Assembly (NCBI RefSeq): GCF_006345805.1
Contig: NC_043000.1
Span: 70,246,001 to 70,310,000, forward strand
Source of the DNA: Octopus sinensis
Taxonomy: Eukaryota
Length of the DNA stretch: 64,000 nt
Reading direction: 5' to 3'
Positions 63,306 to 64,000 of this stretch are shown here, in pieces. How positions within the stretch are numbered: the first letter of the stretch is position 1; each line of letters starts with the position of its first letter. The translations under genes and the position numbers were made by a program. The notes beneath the pieces were generated by a model that saw nothing but the letters and a program-made list of their open reading frames with translations, had not been told where the DNA came from and made no database searches.

Positions 63306-63640
63306 AATAATAATAATAATAATATTAATGATAGTAATAATAATAATAATACTTCATCTCTTACACTACTAATGAACTGTAAAGGATAATGGCATTGTGC
63401 TGAAGAGATACTTCCATTATATAGCTCCCTATATTTCATCTTCCTTCAATAAATAACAATATAATTCGTACTGATGAGATCTAACATGACGGAAACTGCT
63501 ACCTGTTTAAATAGTTAAAGGAAATATATGGTAGAAAAGTTTATCATATTATTAATGAATATATTTTGGTTCCTGTTGCCAACAAATAAGAAACTTGCTA
63601 TATAGAACTGCTAGTCAACTAAGAGATTACATATACATAT

Positions 63641-63736
<96 letters not shown>

Positions 63737-64000
63737 ATATGCATATAATAGTTAAGCAATACAGCAAACATTAAGGCAAGGCAAACATCTCAAATTATAT
63801 ACAATATTATTAAGAAATTCAAAATCTTACAGCTGTTTCTGGGATATCATAGAGTAAGGGAGTAATAGAATAAGGAGATCCATCTCCTTATTCTTTTACT
63901 CCCTTCCTCTATGTCGTCATCTTATTAATATATACCATTCTCATTTTCCCTCTTTTTTTCCATATTTGTCTCTGATGACGGAATATCCCATAATCGGGGA

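Overview
AT-rich, microsatellite-saturated metazoan non-genic (intergenic or intronic) DNA. The repeat repertoire resembles that of octopus genomes; this is an inference, not a database result. No host protein-coding gene can be supported, and nearly all short ORFs in the track are microsatellite translations. The recognisable content is transposon-derived: two Penelope-like elements (PLEs; one near full length with RT, GIY-YIG and 192-bp terminal direct repeats), a Tc1 with long IR/DR-type TIRs, several mariner remnants, two Chapaev3-type DNA transposons, non-autonomous Helitrons with canonical TC...hairpin-CTAG ends, R4/Dong and RTE LINE fragments, and tRNA-derived SINEs. The most striking pattern is the density of minimal hammerhead-ribozyme (HHR) motifs: more than ten motif copies, intact to degenerate, in at least six sequence families. 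They occur in PLE terminal repeats, in tandem 500-bp retrozyme-like units, in foldback palindromes, and in one element that joins a Pol III tRNA-like head to an HHR tail. Local rearrangements are also frequent: a 4.8-kb nested inverted structure, a 1.73-kb tandem duplication, and two short templated captures of neighbouring DNA. All structures were read by eye; coordinates of degenerate elements are approximate.
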